Source of the DNA: a virus
IMG/VR virus record: IMGVR_UViG_3300009509_000031
Coordinates: 1 to 64,000 of that record
Direction: 5' to 3' (one strand)
DNA length: 64,000 bases
Positions 1 through 9,904 of the stretch are shown here, piece after piece; position 1 is the stretch's first letter, and the number at the start of each line of letters is the position of its first letter. The notes beneath the pieces are model-generated. The model was not told the origin of the DNA, made no database searches, and saw nothing but the letters and a program-made list of their open reading frames with translations. A program made the position numbers and the translations under genes.

Positions 1-122
1 GCAACATCAGCCTGTACAGTAAAATCCATACATTTTGCTAAAAACAACGCCACTATCTTTTTATAACAGTACTGCGTTGTAACGCTTCCCCTATGCAAAA
101 ATCTTAACCAACGACTAGCCAT
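1..122 (-). CDS. Partial tail-associated protein (C2), paralog of 1600..2826; runs off the window
   Basis: Manual translation from ATG at 120-122: MASRWLRFLHRGSVTTQYCYKKIVALFLAKCMDFTVQADV vs MSSRWLRFFHMPEQGVSFLHKVISLFLAKCMDYTVQANV. Confidence 0.85.
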   Translation of the reverse strand, partial: MASRWLRFLHRGSVTTQYCYKKIVALFLAKCMDFTVQADV

Positions 123-125
123 TTG

Positions 126-1610
126 TCATACACCGTAAGGAGTTGTATCAACAAAAGGATACCAATTACGGGATCCGTTACTACGCATCAACCAACCACC
201 GTATGGCGATCTATAGTAGTCTGATCCAAGCTTCAGTGTTGCCATTGTCTGTGTTATATGGCTTGTTAGCCACGCATTGCGAAAGGTACCGCGATACTCC
301 ATATACCCGGATGTTCTACTCTCAAGTATAAGTTTGATCTTATATTGCTTTTTGCTCCACATACTGAAGCGTTTCCTAGAGGGATATATTAAATTCCCAC
401 CCTCTTGAACTCTTGTTGTAGGTACGCTCGGATAGTACGTTAGAGTTGTAGTGTCATTGTACGCTAAACCTCTTGTACCGTCCCATATACTGTCATCAAC
501 CCTTAAACCAAAACCAACAAGTATCGGTTCGTTGTACTCTGAATGACCAGCTAGACAAACAATTGGTCTAGGATCTATTTCTGGAAAGAATGAGTCAATT
601 TCCTCAATCAGATAAACATACCAGTCAGGTTGGCCCGGAGAAGACTGGCGATGACGGGATCGAATCCACACATGAATATGCTGTTCACTAGCTTCAGCGT
701 ATACAACACATTCACTATGATCAACTTCAGATTCAGGGTTTCTTGCAACAGTGTACTTACTATCGCCCCAAGAATGTGTTCCCGGATTCCAACTAGCAAA
801 AGGCGATACACTAACTTTCGGATAACGAGAAAATGAAGATGTATCAACCTCAACGTATAGATGGTAAATGTAGCTAATCTGCCAAGCGAAACCAGATGTT
901 TCATTTACACCAGAAGCATTAGTGTATGTAATCTGTGTAGTGCTAATTCTGCTAACAATTGTAAACGTTCCGTTGTTACCAGGATTGGTTGCACCACTAA
1001 CGGTAATACTTTTTCCAACGTCACTTGTTTGAAAGTTAGCACCGGAATCCGTCAATGTAGCAACAGAACCGGCCATTGATATTGAATCACCAATACCGTT
1101 CCCTGTAACTGTTCCTGCACCTGTAACACCTGTTCCAGCTACAACAAACTTATTCCCGGTATCCGGGTTGTATGTAACGGTTCCATCCCATAATTTCCAA
1201 CTAGATGATTCCGAAGATGGTAATCCCGCATCATCCGGCCCCATTCGTTTATCAATCTTCACCGTATAATCAGATCCTGCACTATTAACGTATTTCAAAA
1301 TCCTGTATATACCGTCTTTAACACCGGTAGTAAAACCGGTTAGCGTTAGGAATTTTCCAACATCACTAGTAGAAAAAGCGTAACTAGGGGATGTGATCAC
1401 AAGCGTTTCAGCATCACTAACAACGGCTGTTCCAGCACCACCAGAACCAATATAATTGGTCCACTTAGATCCAACAGTGTCAACAGAAGTCCACCCAACA
1501 ACGTGCACTAGAAACTCATAAAGCCATCTAGAAAACGTAGCTCCAACGTAATCTTCAACGTAGGCACTAGGATCGTTAAGCAGTAGACCGTTTTGATATC
1601 TAGTAGCCAT
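126..1610 (-). CDS. Tail-associated virion protein (B2), paralog of 2830..4311
   Basis: 494 aa, G/S/T-rich; long near-identical stretches with 2830..4311; downstream of baseplate genes. Confidence 0.7.
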   Translation of the reverse strand: MATRYQNGLLLNDPSAYVEDYVGATFSRWLYEFLVHVVGWTSVDTVGSKWTNYIGSGGAGTAVVSDAETLVITSPSYAFSTSDVGKFLTLTGFTTGVKDGIYRILKYVNSAGSDYTVKIDKRMGPDDAGLPSSESSSWKLWDGTVTYNPDTGNKFVVAGTGVTGAGTVTGNGIGDSISMAGSVATLTDSGANFQTSDVGKSITVSGATNPGNNGTFTIVSRISTTQITYTNASGVNETSGFAWQISYIYHLYVEVDTSSFSRYPKVSVSPFASWNPGTHSWGDSKYTVARNPESEVDHSECVVYAEASEQHIHVWIRSRHRQSSPGQPDWYVYLIEEIDSFFPEIDPRPIVCLAGHSEYNEPILVGFGLRVDDSIWDGTRGLAYNDTTTLTYYPSVPTTRVQEGGNLIYPSRKRFSMWSKKQYKIKLILESRTSGYMEYRGTFRNAWLTSHITQTMATLKLGSDYYRSPYGGWLMRSNGSRNWYPFVDTTPYGV

Positions 1611-2826
1611 TTGTATAACCGTTCCAGTTAATCACAAAACCGTCATACACTATAAACTTGTCTCGTGTCCCATTTAAATCAATAGGTGTCCACATTCTTG
1701 AATCACGGTGATTATCACTAAGGGCATTTCTAAAACGGTTCATCCTCCAATGCCCCTTCATCCTTCCTATCATATGATACATATTATCCGTGTTGTTTGG
1801 ATCAGATAGTACATAGGTACCCGGCATTAACGCAATTTTACCGTGTGTAGATGATCCGATCCTTTTATTCAACACAGGAACAACCCCATCATTAAACAAC
1901 GTCAGATCTTTAACAAAGGTGCTTGTAGCTGTTAAATACGATAATCCGATCATATACCCTATTTTCCACGTATATTGATCCTCATTCCAATATCTGCAAT
2001 AACCAACACTATCAGATGAAAAATTACTTTCAAAATTACCGCTACCATTAGCACCGGCTAAAACGATCTTTTCATACTCTGTTTTCCCTGCTTCAATAAC
2101 GTTATCCAGCCTAGCTATAATAAACCCGTATGGTATCCCAAAACGCGGATTATACGCATCACCGATCAAGGAATACGTGGCATTCAACCATTCCCCATCG
2201 TAATCACCTTCAAGAAAAACTAAACTATCGTCACCAGCACCGGTATCGCCATAAATAAGCGGGTTTTGATTATAAGTAGTATTCAAAATCCTACCAGTGG
2301 TTTCCCATTGGCCATCTACAGACACACCACAATAAAGCCAGTTTGCATTCTGCTTTATTTCCAATTGAAGCGCCCATTGTGTTGTGTGTCTGGATCTCAA
2401 TCTACAATAATCATTTGTTGCCGGCATTTGATAATCTTTACCGATAATCCACCAACTAAGCCCGGTAGATGCTTTCGGGTACTCATCGGGTACGGTAAGA
2501 AAATCAATTTCAATACTAGTTGCACTGTTAAATTTTCGTATGTAATAAATACCGGCGTTTTCTGGATTAGAATTATCTCTAACTACTAAATACTTTCCAC
2601 GATCACCAGCTACAAAAGGTGCCGATGAATCAGTAAAGTTCCAATCACTACCGCTAAAAGATCCGGTTGTTCCATTTTTCTCTGTAGAAAACCAATCACC
2701 ACTAACAGACACATTAGCCTGTACAGTGTAATCCATACATTTAGCCAAGAACAATGAAATCACTTTATGCAAAAAACTTACACCTTGTTCTGGCATATGA
2801 AAAAAGCGCAACCAACGGGAAGACAT
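1600..2826 (-). CDS. Tail-associated virion protein (C1)
   Basis: 408 aa; shares the F..D.GKYL...GIY.I module and WNG C-terminus with neighbours. Confidence 0.65.
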   Translation of the reverse strand: MSSRWLRFFHMPEQGVSFLHKVISLFLAKCMDYTVQANVSVSGDWFSTEKNGTTGSFSGSDWNFTDSSAPFVAGDRGKYLVVRDNSNPENAGIYYIRKFNSATSIEIDFLTVPDEYPKASTGLSWWIIGKDYQMPATNDYCRLRSRHTTQWALQLEIKQNANWLYCGVSVDGQWETTGRILNTTYNQNPLIYGDTGAGDDSLVFLEGDYDGEWLNATYSLIGDAYNPRFGIPYGFIIARLDNVIEAGKTEYEKIVLAGANGSGNFESNFSSDSVGYCRYWNEDQYTWKIGYMIGLSYLTATSTFVKDLTLFNDGVVPVLNKRIGSSTHGKIALMPGTYVLSDPNNTDNMYHMIGRMKGHWRMNRFRNALSDNHRDSRMWTPIDLNGTRDKFIVYDGFVINWNGYTNGY

Positions 2827-2829
2827 AAC

Positions 2830-4311
2830 CTAACCTCCATAAATACTTTCACCAAGGAACGGGAACCAATTACGCGATCCGTTGCTACGCATCAAGAACC
2901 CTGCATATGGCGTTCTGTAGTAATCAGAACCTATCTTTAACGTTGCCATTGGCCTAGTATTGATATTCGTTAACCAGGCATTTCTAACTGTTCCCCTGTG
3001 TTCAAAATATCCCGCTGTTCGTGACTCTAAAACAAACTTAGTTCTATATTGTTTTTTAGACCACAAGCTATTTTTACGTCTGCATAGCTGCATAAGATTA
3101 TATGAAGTGTCTGTGAACGTGGCTGGAATTGATAGAACGTAAACCAACGTTGTTACATCATCGTATCCCAACCCTCGTGTTGCATTATAAACTGTTCCCC
3201 ACGGACTCGCCTGTGATGGGACATATCCAACCATTCTCGGATCATTAACTTCGTTGTCTCCGGCTAAGCACATAACTGGTCTAGGATCTTTGTCTGGATA
3301 AAACGAATCAAATTCTTCAACTAGATATACATTCCATTCTTCATTGTCGTAACTATCAATGCGCTTTCTTGACCTAACCCACGAATGAATATGCTGTTCA
3401 CTAGCTTCAGCGTATATAACGCATTCAGTCTGATCAGCTTCATTTTCAGCATTCTTGGCTGCAGTATACCTATTATCGTTCCAGCTATGCGATCCGGCGT
3501 TCCAGGATGCAAACGGGGATACACTGATCTTTGGATACATAGAATAGGTAGTAGTTTCTACTTCAATATACAAATGGTAGACGTAACTAATCTGCCAAGC
3601 GAAACTTGACGTTTCATTAACACCTGATGCGTTAGTGTAAGTGATCTGCGTTGCTGATACACGAGAAACAATCGTAAACGTTCCGTTGTTTCCCGGATTG
3701 GTTGCGCCGCTAATAGTTATGCTTTTTCCAACATCGCTTGTCTGAAATGTTGCAGTGGCATCTGTTAGTGTAGCAACGGAGCCGGCCATTGATATTGAAT
3801 CACCAGTTCCGTTCCCTGTTGTAGTTCCTGCACCTGTAACACCTATTCCGGCAACAACTAACTTATCGCCAGTATTTGGTGTATAGGTTGTTGACACATC
3901 CCACAACTTCCAACTAGATGATTCTGAAGATGGTAGTCCGTTGCTATGTGGTCCCATCCGTTTATCAATCTTCACCGTATAATCAGATCCCGCACTACCA
4001 ACATAATCCAGAATTCTGTAAACACCATCCCGTTCCCCGGTAGTAAAACCAGTTAGCGTTAGGTACTTATTAATGTCACTTGTTGAAAACACATAACTAG
4101 GGGATGTGATCACAAGCGTTTCAGCATCACTAACAACAGCGGTTCCAGCACCACCAGAACCTATATAGTTGTTCCATTTTGATCCGATTACATCAACAGC
4201 GGACCAACCAACAACATTTACAAGAAACTCGTATAACCATCTACAATAAGCTGTACCGGCACGATCTACCGTAGCTGTATCAAGTGCCAATCCGTTTTGA
4301 TATCTAGCCAT
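2830..4311 (-). CDS. Tail-associated virion protein (B1)
   Basis: 493 aa paralog of 126..1610 and 4586..5818. Confidence 0.7.
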   Translation of the reverse strand: MARYQNGLALDTATVDRAGTAYCRWLYEFLVNVVGWSAVDVIGSKWNNYIGSGGAGTAVVSDAETLVITSPSYVFSTSDINKYLTLTGFTTGERDGVYRILDYVGSAGSDYTVKIDKRMGPHSNGLPSSESSSWKLWDVSTTYTPNTGDKLVVAGIGVTGAGTTTGNGTGDSISMAGSVATLTDATATFQTSDVGKSITISGATNPGNNGTFTIVSRVSATQITYTNASGVNETSSFAWQISYVYHLYIEVETTTYSMYPKISVSPFASWNAGSHSWNDNRYTAAKNAENEADQTECVIYAEASEQHIHSWVRSRKRIDSYDNEEWNVYLVEEFDSFYPDKDPRPVMCLAGDNEVNDPRMVGYVPSQASPWGTVYNATRGLGYDDVTTLVYVLSIPATFTDTSYNLMQLCRRKNSLWSKKQYRTKFVLESRTAGYFEHRGTVRNAWLTNINTRPMATLKIGSDYYRTPYAGFLMRSNGSRNWFPFLGESIYGG

Positions 4312-4322
4312 TGTTACAACCC

Positions 4323-4583
4323 TCAGAACGCATCAATAATCCGTGTTCTAGCAGCAGAAACAGTAATAGTTGCTGATTCACTGTAACAATCATCGTTAGA
4401 AAACTGAACCAAAACAGGATCCCCGTCATCTTTTGAAACGTAAATATCTAAACCACCTGATTCAAGCGTACCTATAATATTGTGGCTTTTTATCTCATAT
4501 GTTGATCCGCCACTAGCCCACCTAACTGGGAACCAATACCAAACAAGAGCTGTAAGCAGTGCTAGCCTTTCTTCTTCAGTCAT
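4323..4583 (-). CDS. Hypothetical protein
   Basis: 86 aa, GAGG RBS, tightly packed in tail operon. Confidence 0.6.
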   Translation of the reverse strand: MTEEERLALLTALVWYWFPVRWASGGSTYEIKSHNIIGTLESGGLDIYVSKDDGDPVLVQFSNDDCYSESATITVSAARTRIIDAF

Positions 4584-4585
4584 AA

Positions 4586-5818
4586 TTACCTCTCGTAAAA
4601 TGTACGGCTACCGTTCCACGGAATTGTAAAACCGCCGATAATGTGTAAATACTCATTACTGGCCCCAATAGGTTTAAGCCTAGCAATGTCCCTTCCACTA
4701 ATCCAAAACCGCCTAAGCAATCCGCGAAATTCCATATATCCGGCTGTTCTACATTCACAAGCTGCCGGCACTAGCGTATGTGATCCACTGATACTGCTAA
4801 ATCTGTGTTCCAATCCGGCTAACCAATTTTTTGTTGTATCAGTTGGGGTAAATAAAGACGCCATATAGCCAGCAACAGTTGTAAGATCATCATACGCTAA
4901 CCAATGTCCCCGCCCATTGATATTACCAACCGAACCATCCCCAACTAAGGCGTTACTATCACTAGCCGGTGTTGTTGCACCATTATTAGATCCTTCCCAC
5001 AAAATACACGGTTTAGGATCACTTGACGGATGAAATGTATCAATCTCGCCAGCATACAAAAAGTGCCAAGCGTAATCACCACTAGACGTAAAACCAAATC
5101 TATCGCGTTCCATTCTCAGCATAAGAACAAAACGATCCGTATCGCCTGCAGCCCATACCCTAGTACCGGGTTGATTGTTTACAGAATCGGAATAATTCAA
5201 CATCGTCAATACAGATGTTCGCCTTGAATCATTCCAGCTATGCGATACAGCATTCCAACTAGCAAACGGAGAAATAATAAATTGTGGTAAGTTTAATGTT
5301 GTTGTTCCAGAAGCAGATACTTCAATGTGAAGATGGAATGTGTAACCGCTACCTGTAATGCCGGATCCTGCTAACACAACCCAGTCACCAGCTGCAGGAA
5401 GATAACTAGTGTCTAGCCGCCACAATTTCCAAATAACGCCGCTTTGATTACACGGTATGCCAGATGAGTGAATCCCGTATTGGCAATCAAGTACAACCTT
5501 TGTTGAAGACAAAACCCGGTTGATCCTATAAATACCGTTATACGTTGATGGTGTCATGCCTGACAGGTACAGATAGCCGCCAACATCGGAAGAATCAAAA
5601 GAAGCACTTGCCGCTTGAAACTGGTAAACCTCATCAACAACAGATGCACCGTCTGTTCCTGAATCGTAATAGTTATCCCATTGCGATCCGCTTTTATCTA
5701 CAACAGTCAAACCAACAACATTTACTAACCATTCAACCAACCAACGGCAAACTGTACGGCCAGCATAATCAGTACCCGGATCTGGCAAATACAATCCATT
5801 TTGAAACTTATCAGCCAT
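4586..5818 (-). CDS. Tail-associated virion protein (A), family of B1/B2
   Basis: Shared MA..(F/Y)QNGL, RWL.E.LV.VVG, ISPFASWN, RTAGYME.RG and NGSR motifs. Confidence 0.7.
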   Translation of the reverse strand: MADKFQNGLYLPDPGTDYAGRTVCRWLVEWLVNVVGLTVVDKSGSQWDNYYDSGTDGASVVDEVYQFQAASASFDSSDVGGYLYLSGMTPSTYNGIYRINRVLSSTKVVLDCQYGIHSSGIPCNQSGVIWKLWRLDTSYLPAAGDWVVLAGSGITGSGYTFHLHIEVSASGTTTLNLPQFIISPFASWNAVSHSWNDSRRTSVLTMLNYSDSVNNQPGTRVWAAGDTDRFVLMLRMERDRFGFTSSGDYAWHFLYAGEIDTFHPSSDPKPCILWEGSNNGATTPASDSNALVGDGSVGNINGRGHWLAYDDLTTVAGYMASLFTPTDTTKNWLAGLEHRFSSISGSHTLVPAACECRTAGYMEFRGLLRRFWISGRDIARLKPIGASNEYLHIIGGFTIPWNGSRTFYER

Positions 5819-5820
5819 GA

Positions 5821-6222
5821 TTAAGCCTCATCAAGATCCCTAATGGAACCGATAATAAATCGATACGTACTCATTATTACGTTAGCCGTATAGTAAAATG
5901 ACCACGTTCCGTTTGCTTCGTTATCTTCTACATCAACAGCAAATATCCTAATCCGCGTTGCTTCATCTATTCTGCCATATTGAGTGATTGACGGTACCAA
6001 CGTATATAGGTACCCGTTCGGTATTACTTCAACGGTTGAACCTTCCCAACCATCGCTAAACTTTACACCATCATAAGCAACATCACCCCTAACCCAACAT
6101 TTCACCAAAGCAAGATCACTAGCATCAGTTACAGTAAACTGAATTGGTACGGCTTTATCATTACCAACAGATCCGGCTTCTGGTGATAGTAACGTAATAA
6201 TCGGCGGATCTACATCAGGCAT
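5821..6222 (-). CDS. Ig-like domain virion protein
   Basis: D.DPP.I..LSP...I.FTVTD...I.AVD...N....WSF pattern typical of bacterial Ig-like repeats. Confidence 0.55.
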   Translation of the reverse strand: MPDVDPPIITLLSPEAGSVGNDKAVPIQFTVTDASDLALVKCWVRGDVAYDGVKFSDGWEGSTVEVIPNGYLYTLVPSITQYGRIDEATRIRIFAVDVEDNEANGTWSFYYTANVIMSTYRFIIGSIRDLDEA

Positions 6223-6246
6223 AGGTTACCAACCTTTATTATCCTA

Positions 6247-8715
6247 TTACTGGGATTCTTGAATGCTGATTGTAATACCACCGGCGGTTGAAACCGGTAG
6301 CTCATTTCCACCTAACAAGGGGGATGATGCAGATCCGTTTAGCAACAACGTTGGAACATCGATGATTGCTGGATCAACAGAATGAATCTGTGCAAAAACT
6401 CGCGATAGGGATACGTAACCACCAAAATCCCAAGTATAGGTTGTTCCGTCTTCTTCAAGCGACAATGGTGTGATTAACGAAAGCAACGCGGTTCGGATAG
6501 CTGCAGCGTTACCACCGGGCCAAACAACAGTGGCGCTAACTTGGATCAATTGTGGTTCATAATTAAACACAAAAACTTTGTTATTTAGAACTAACTTTCC
6601 TTTAATCTGTGGCCTAGTATAACGATTACCGTTAAAGTATTCTTCAAGCTCTAGTTTCTGCTCTGTTGTAAGCGTTGATCCGCCGGCCCCGACAACAAGC
6701 AACTTAGCGGTTTTTACCCCTAATCCTTCCTCAATAGCAACAGCTCTTGCAACTGGCTTTGTACCGTTACTATCAGTAAACGCTATTGCCAATCGTTCAA
6801 TATCACCACCGTTACTTGCAGTATTACGGGTTCTTAATTCTGCCGGTGCATCACGCTTTACACGTTCAATATCCGCTTCTGTACCGCCATCTTTTATTTT
6901 CCAACCAAGGGCCGATCTAGGATTTGTTACTTCTGCAATACCCGATAGGCCATCTGCATTAACAACGATCTCATCCGGACCAACATTACCATCATCATCA
7001 CCACCAACACGATAAGACGATCTTACGTTATCAGTTCCAGCTGGTGGAATCTTGCCGTTTATACCATCACCGAATCTAACAGTTGCTTGATCTTCAGCAT
7101 CTGTTTCCCTTACGTAATGGCGGCTTGTTGCCGTGCTATTTAGAAAGTTAAGAACCCTTATGTATTCTTTCCAAGCACCACCACCAGCTTCATCCACTTC
7201 AAGAGTTTCTGAATTATCAATATACGGCGTTTCTGGTAGCTGAAATTCTTGACTAGTAGATCCATCGCTAGAACCAAGAACCTGTGGCCCTATTGTTTCA
7301 CCCTGTGTAGCAGCAACAATAATGTACTGATCACCTTGATCAATCCTAACTCTTACAAGTGTTGGCGCTGTTGGTGTACTAACGTTAACCAGCCTATACC
7401 TGAACCAAACACTTTCCTCTGCATTCACGTCTGTTGCTTGCCAGTTTCGATCTTGATCTTGCGGGAAGCTAAACGTAACTGTACCATCTTGTTCAAAATC
7501 ACTATTTCCGGCATCAGTGCTATCAGCCTGATCTTCAAACGGTACCCAATCAGCTGTTATCAAGTAATCTTCGATATCGGTACTAATAGTTACTTGCCCT
7601 AGTGGCCCATCAGTTGTGATTTTATTTGCACCACCGCTATACACAGATAAAAGCTTTTCTGTTGAACCGGTGATTAGGTGCCTAACGGTGATCACAGCAC
7701 CGTTGCGATCCGGCAACCCTAGCAAAGAAGACACATCGAATGTAATCGTACCATCAAGATTATCGGTAACAGATGTTGGTGGAAATTCAGAATGGGTGTT
7801 ATCAAAATATTCCCACACACCATCAAGACCAGCACCAACTGTTGAACCAACATCAATATCGATCTGGCCGGCTAATACTTGCCCGTGTCCGAAATAAAAC
7901 AGATCACCAGCTTGTGGTGTTCCATTCCACATAGCCGTATCACTAGCGCCGCTATTCAATTCTGAAGCTTTGTTTACACCAAATCGTTTTAAACTCCATA
8001 CTAGTGAAACCTCTGTTTGAAAAGCAGGGGATCCCGATCCAGGAACCTTAACAACCCGCGCTTGCGTTGCGCTAACAATTTCTGTAATTCTGAATTCACC
8101 ACTATTTGCAGTAATACCCGTTGGTGATGTAACAAAAAAATGATCACCAAGATTAGCGCCAGTCAAAGCCACTGATGCAGAACCAAACACATCAGGTGCA
8201 GCAGTATCAACAACACCATCAGTTCCAGAATCAATCTCTTCTGCGACATAAGCATAGTTAAGCTGATCTGTTCTATTTAAATCAATTCCATCTTCTTCTA
8301 ATACTTCATAACCAATAGGCGGAGTTTCATCGGTTGAAAACTCTGATAGTTCTGGAACAAACCCGATTTGATCTGAAGCTGTTACTTCTGATAGTTTCAA
8401 CAACAGATCAACCGTTGCCGGTGTTGCACTAGAAAGCTCAACACCGATCAACCTAAGCAACCGCTTAATGCTTTCAAGCAACGATGCACTTGAAATGAGT
8501 AGCTCTGTTGCAACGGTATCTAGCCGGGTATTATTAAGGTGCCCAACAAGAGAAAACGCACGCAATAACTGAACGTGCAATTCAAACTCATTTTCATCAG
8601 TAAGACCAAGTTCTGCCCTATGTCTTCTTAGAAACAACAACAACTCTCTAAGAATATCTGGATAGTAAAATCCGGCAAACTCAACACTAGGCGGTTTCAG
8701 TATTTGCAAAGCCAT
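6247..8715 (-). CDS. Baseplate J-like wedge protein with inserted domains
   Basis: LGSSDG..SQEFQL, VRFGDGINGKIPPAG, YRVGG..GNV, GGTEA..IE..KR.AP motifs; follows gp25-like gene. Confidence 0.9.
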   Translation of the reverse strand: MALQILKPPSVEFAGFYYPDILRELLLFLRRHRAELGLTDENEFELHVQLLRAFSLVGHLNNTRLDTVATELLISSASLLESIKRLLRLIGVELSSATPATVDLLLKLSEVTASDQIGFVPELSEFSTDETPPIGYEVLEEDGIDLNRTDQLNYAYVAEEIDSGTDGVVDTAAPDVFGSASVALTGANLGDHFFVTSPTGITANSGEFRITEIVSATQARVVKVPGSGSPAFQTEVSLVWSLKRFGVNKASELNSGASDTAMWNGTPQAGDLFYFGHGQVLAGQIDIDVGSTVGAGLDGVWEYFDNTHSEFPPTSVTDNLDGTITFDVSSLLGLPDRNGAVITVRHLITGSTEKLLSVYSGGANKITTDGPLGQVTISTDIEDYLITADWVPFEDQADSTDAGNSDFEQDGTVTFSFPQDQDRNWQATDVNAEESVWFRYRLVNVSTPTAPTLVRVRIDQGDQYIIVAATQGETIGPQVLGSSDGSTSQEFQLPETPYIDNSETLEVDEAGGGAWKEYIRVLNFLNSTATSRHYVRETDAEDQATVRFGDGINGKIPPAGTDNVRSSYRVGGDDDGNVGPDEIVVNADGLSGIAEVTNPRSALGWKIKDGGTEADIERVKRDAPAELRTRNTASNGGDIERLAIAFTDSNGTKPVARAVAIEEGLGVKTAKLLVVGAGGSTLTTEQKLELEEYFNGNRYTRPQIKGKLVLNNKVFVFNYEPQLIQVSATVVWPGGNAAAIRTALLSLITPLSLEEDGTTYTWDFGGYVSLSRVFAQIHSVDPAIIDVPTLLLNGSASSPLLGGNELPVSTAGGITISIQESQ

Positions 8716-8721
8716 AACTAG

Positions 8722-9099
8722 TTACTCCGATGCTGGTGGAATAGGAACAGCCAATTCTTTTCGTTCCTGCGTTTCAATGTTCTTATACAGGATCGTCATA
8801 TTAAGGGTACCAATTTCTGATCTGTCAAACGTGATGTTTTTTCGATCAATCTCTGCAAGCTGATCCCTTTGCAACGATTCAAATACTTCCAGCACCGCGG
8901 TAACTATTTCACCCTCTGTCATACCGTCATTAATACCAAATATGTACTTATCTCCGTATAGCCCTATATCTTGAAACGGATTTTCACTTTCACTACTACC
9001 CATTGCGATCCTTACAATCATATCAATATAATCATCGCCACCAAGCAGCTTTAACCGGCCATTTTTTGTTCTCAAAGGAACTTCGATCCCTTGTGCCAT
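8722..9099 (-). CDS. Baseplate wedge gp25/GPW-like (sheath initiator)
   Basis: 125 aa, GIEVPLR...G.L start, position between spike and J. Confidence 0.7.
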   Translation of the reverse strand: MAQGIEVPLRTKNGRLKLLGGDDYIDMIVRIAMGSSESENPFQDIGLYGDKYIFGINDGMTEGEIVTAVLEVFESLQRDQLAEIDRKNITFDRSEIGTLNMTILYKNIETQERKELAVPIPPASE

Positions 9100-9103
9100 A
9101 CTG

Positions 9104-9895
9104 TTACCCTGTTTTTGTTTTTAAGCTTGTCCAAGTTGCAACAGCGGCTTGAAACGCTGTTAAAGCTGAAGACAGTTGACTAAGGCCAGTTGCCACATTA
9201 CTGATCTCTGAAGCGTCAACTTGCGGGATCCAAGGGCCGCCAACACCTGCAAGTGCAACCCATTTAGCGACTAGTGCGATCCATTGCGTGGCCATATTAG
9301 CAAAAGCTGTCATTAACAACTGTTCTTGAACGTTATACGTTGTTCCCTTGATCAAAAAGTCAGTTGCAACATCGTTCAGATCTGTCAACGGTGCGTCAAG
9401 ATGTGCTTTAGTTGATGCTTGAATAGTTGAAACACCGGCAGCAGTGTTAGCCCATTCATCCCCGCTTTTGCTATTTTTAATCCTTATTTTTCCATTTAAG
9501 TCATCAAGAACAACTTCGTGCCCACCACTTGTTTCAATTGTTATCGTCTTATCGTGATCATCAAAAATCACATAATGGCCACCAGGGGTATAATACCCGC
9601 GCCTATCCGGATAATTTGTTTTAAACCTATCCGGGTAATCGTTAGCGTCATCATACCGTTTACCAAGATATTTTGCTTCGTGGGCAAACTCAACAACATC
9701 TTCACCCTCTGGTATTTCAACTTCAACGGTATCACCCGGATGCGGGTGGCTAACAACACCTGCAGGCAACACCGGCTCAAACCATTCCGGGTATTGATCA
9801 CCATCCATACTAGCCATCTTCACAATAACCCTTCCAGCTTTTGCAGGATCAGTATTACTATCAACAGTTGCCGTATGTCTATCTACTGGTGGCAT
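9104..9895 (-). CDS. Baseplate spike, gpV/Vgr OB-fold protein
   Basis: V..N.DP.KAGRV.V, P.PGD.V.V, TPGGH.V.FDD, TSGGH.V.LDD repeats. Confidence 0.85.
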   Translation of the reverse strand: MPPVDRHTATVDSNTDPAKAGRVIVKMASMDGDQYPEWFEPVLPAGVVSHPHPGDTVEVEIPEGEDVVEFAHEAKYLGKRYDDANDYPDRFKTNYPDRRGYYTPGGHYVIFDDHDKTITIETSGGHEVVLDDLNGKIRIKNSKSGDEWANTAAGVSTIQASTKAHLDAPLTDLNDVATDFLIKGTTYNVQEQLLMTAFANMATQWIALVAKWVALAGVGGPWIPQVDASEISNVATGLSQLSSALTAFQAAVATWTSLKTKTG

Positions 9896-9904
9896 GTATC
9901 ATCC

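Noticed and set aside
126-4311. Diversity-generating retroelement (TR/VR) behind the B1/B2 repeats
   Set aside because: Differences between copies are largely synonymous and involve all bases, not adenine-specific; both copies are full ORFs; no reverse transcriptase in the window
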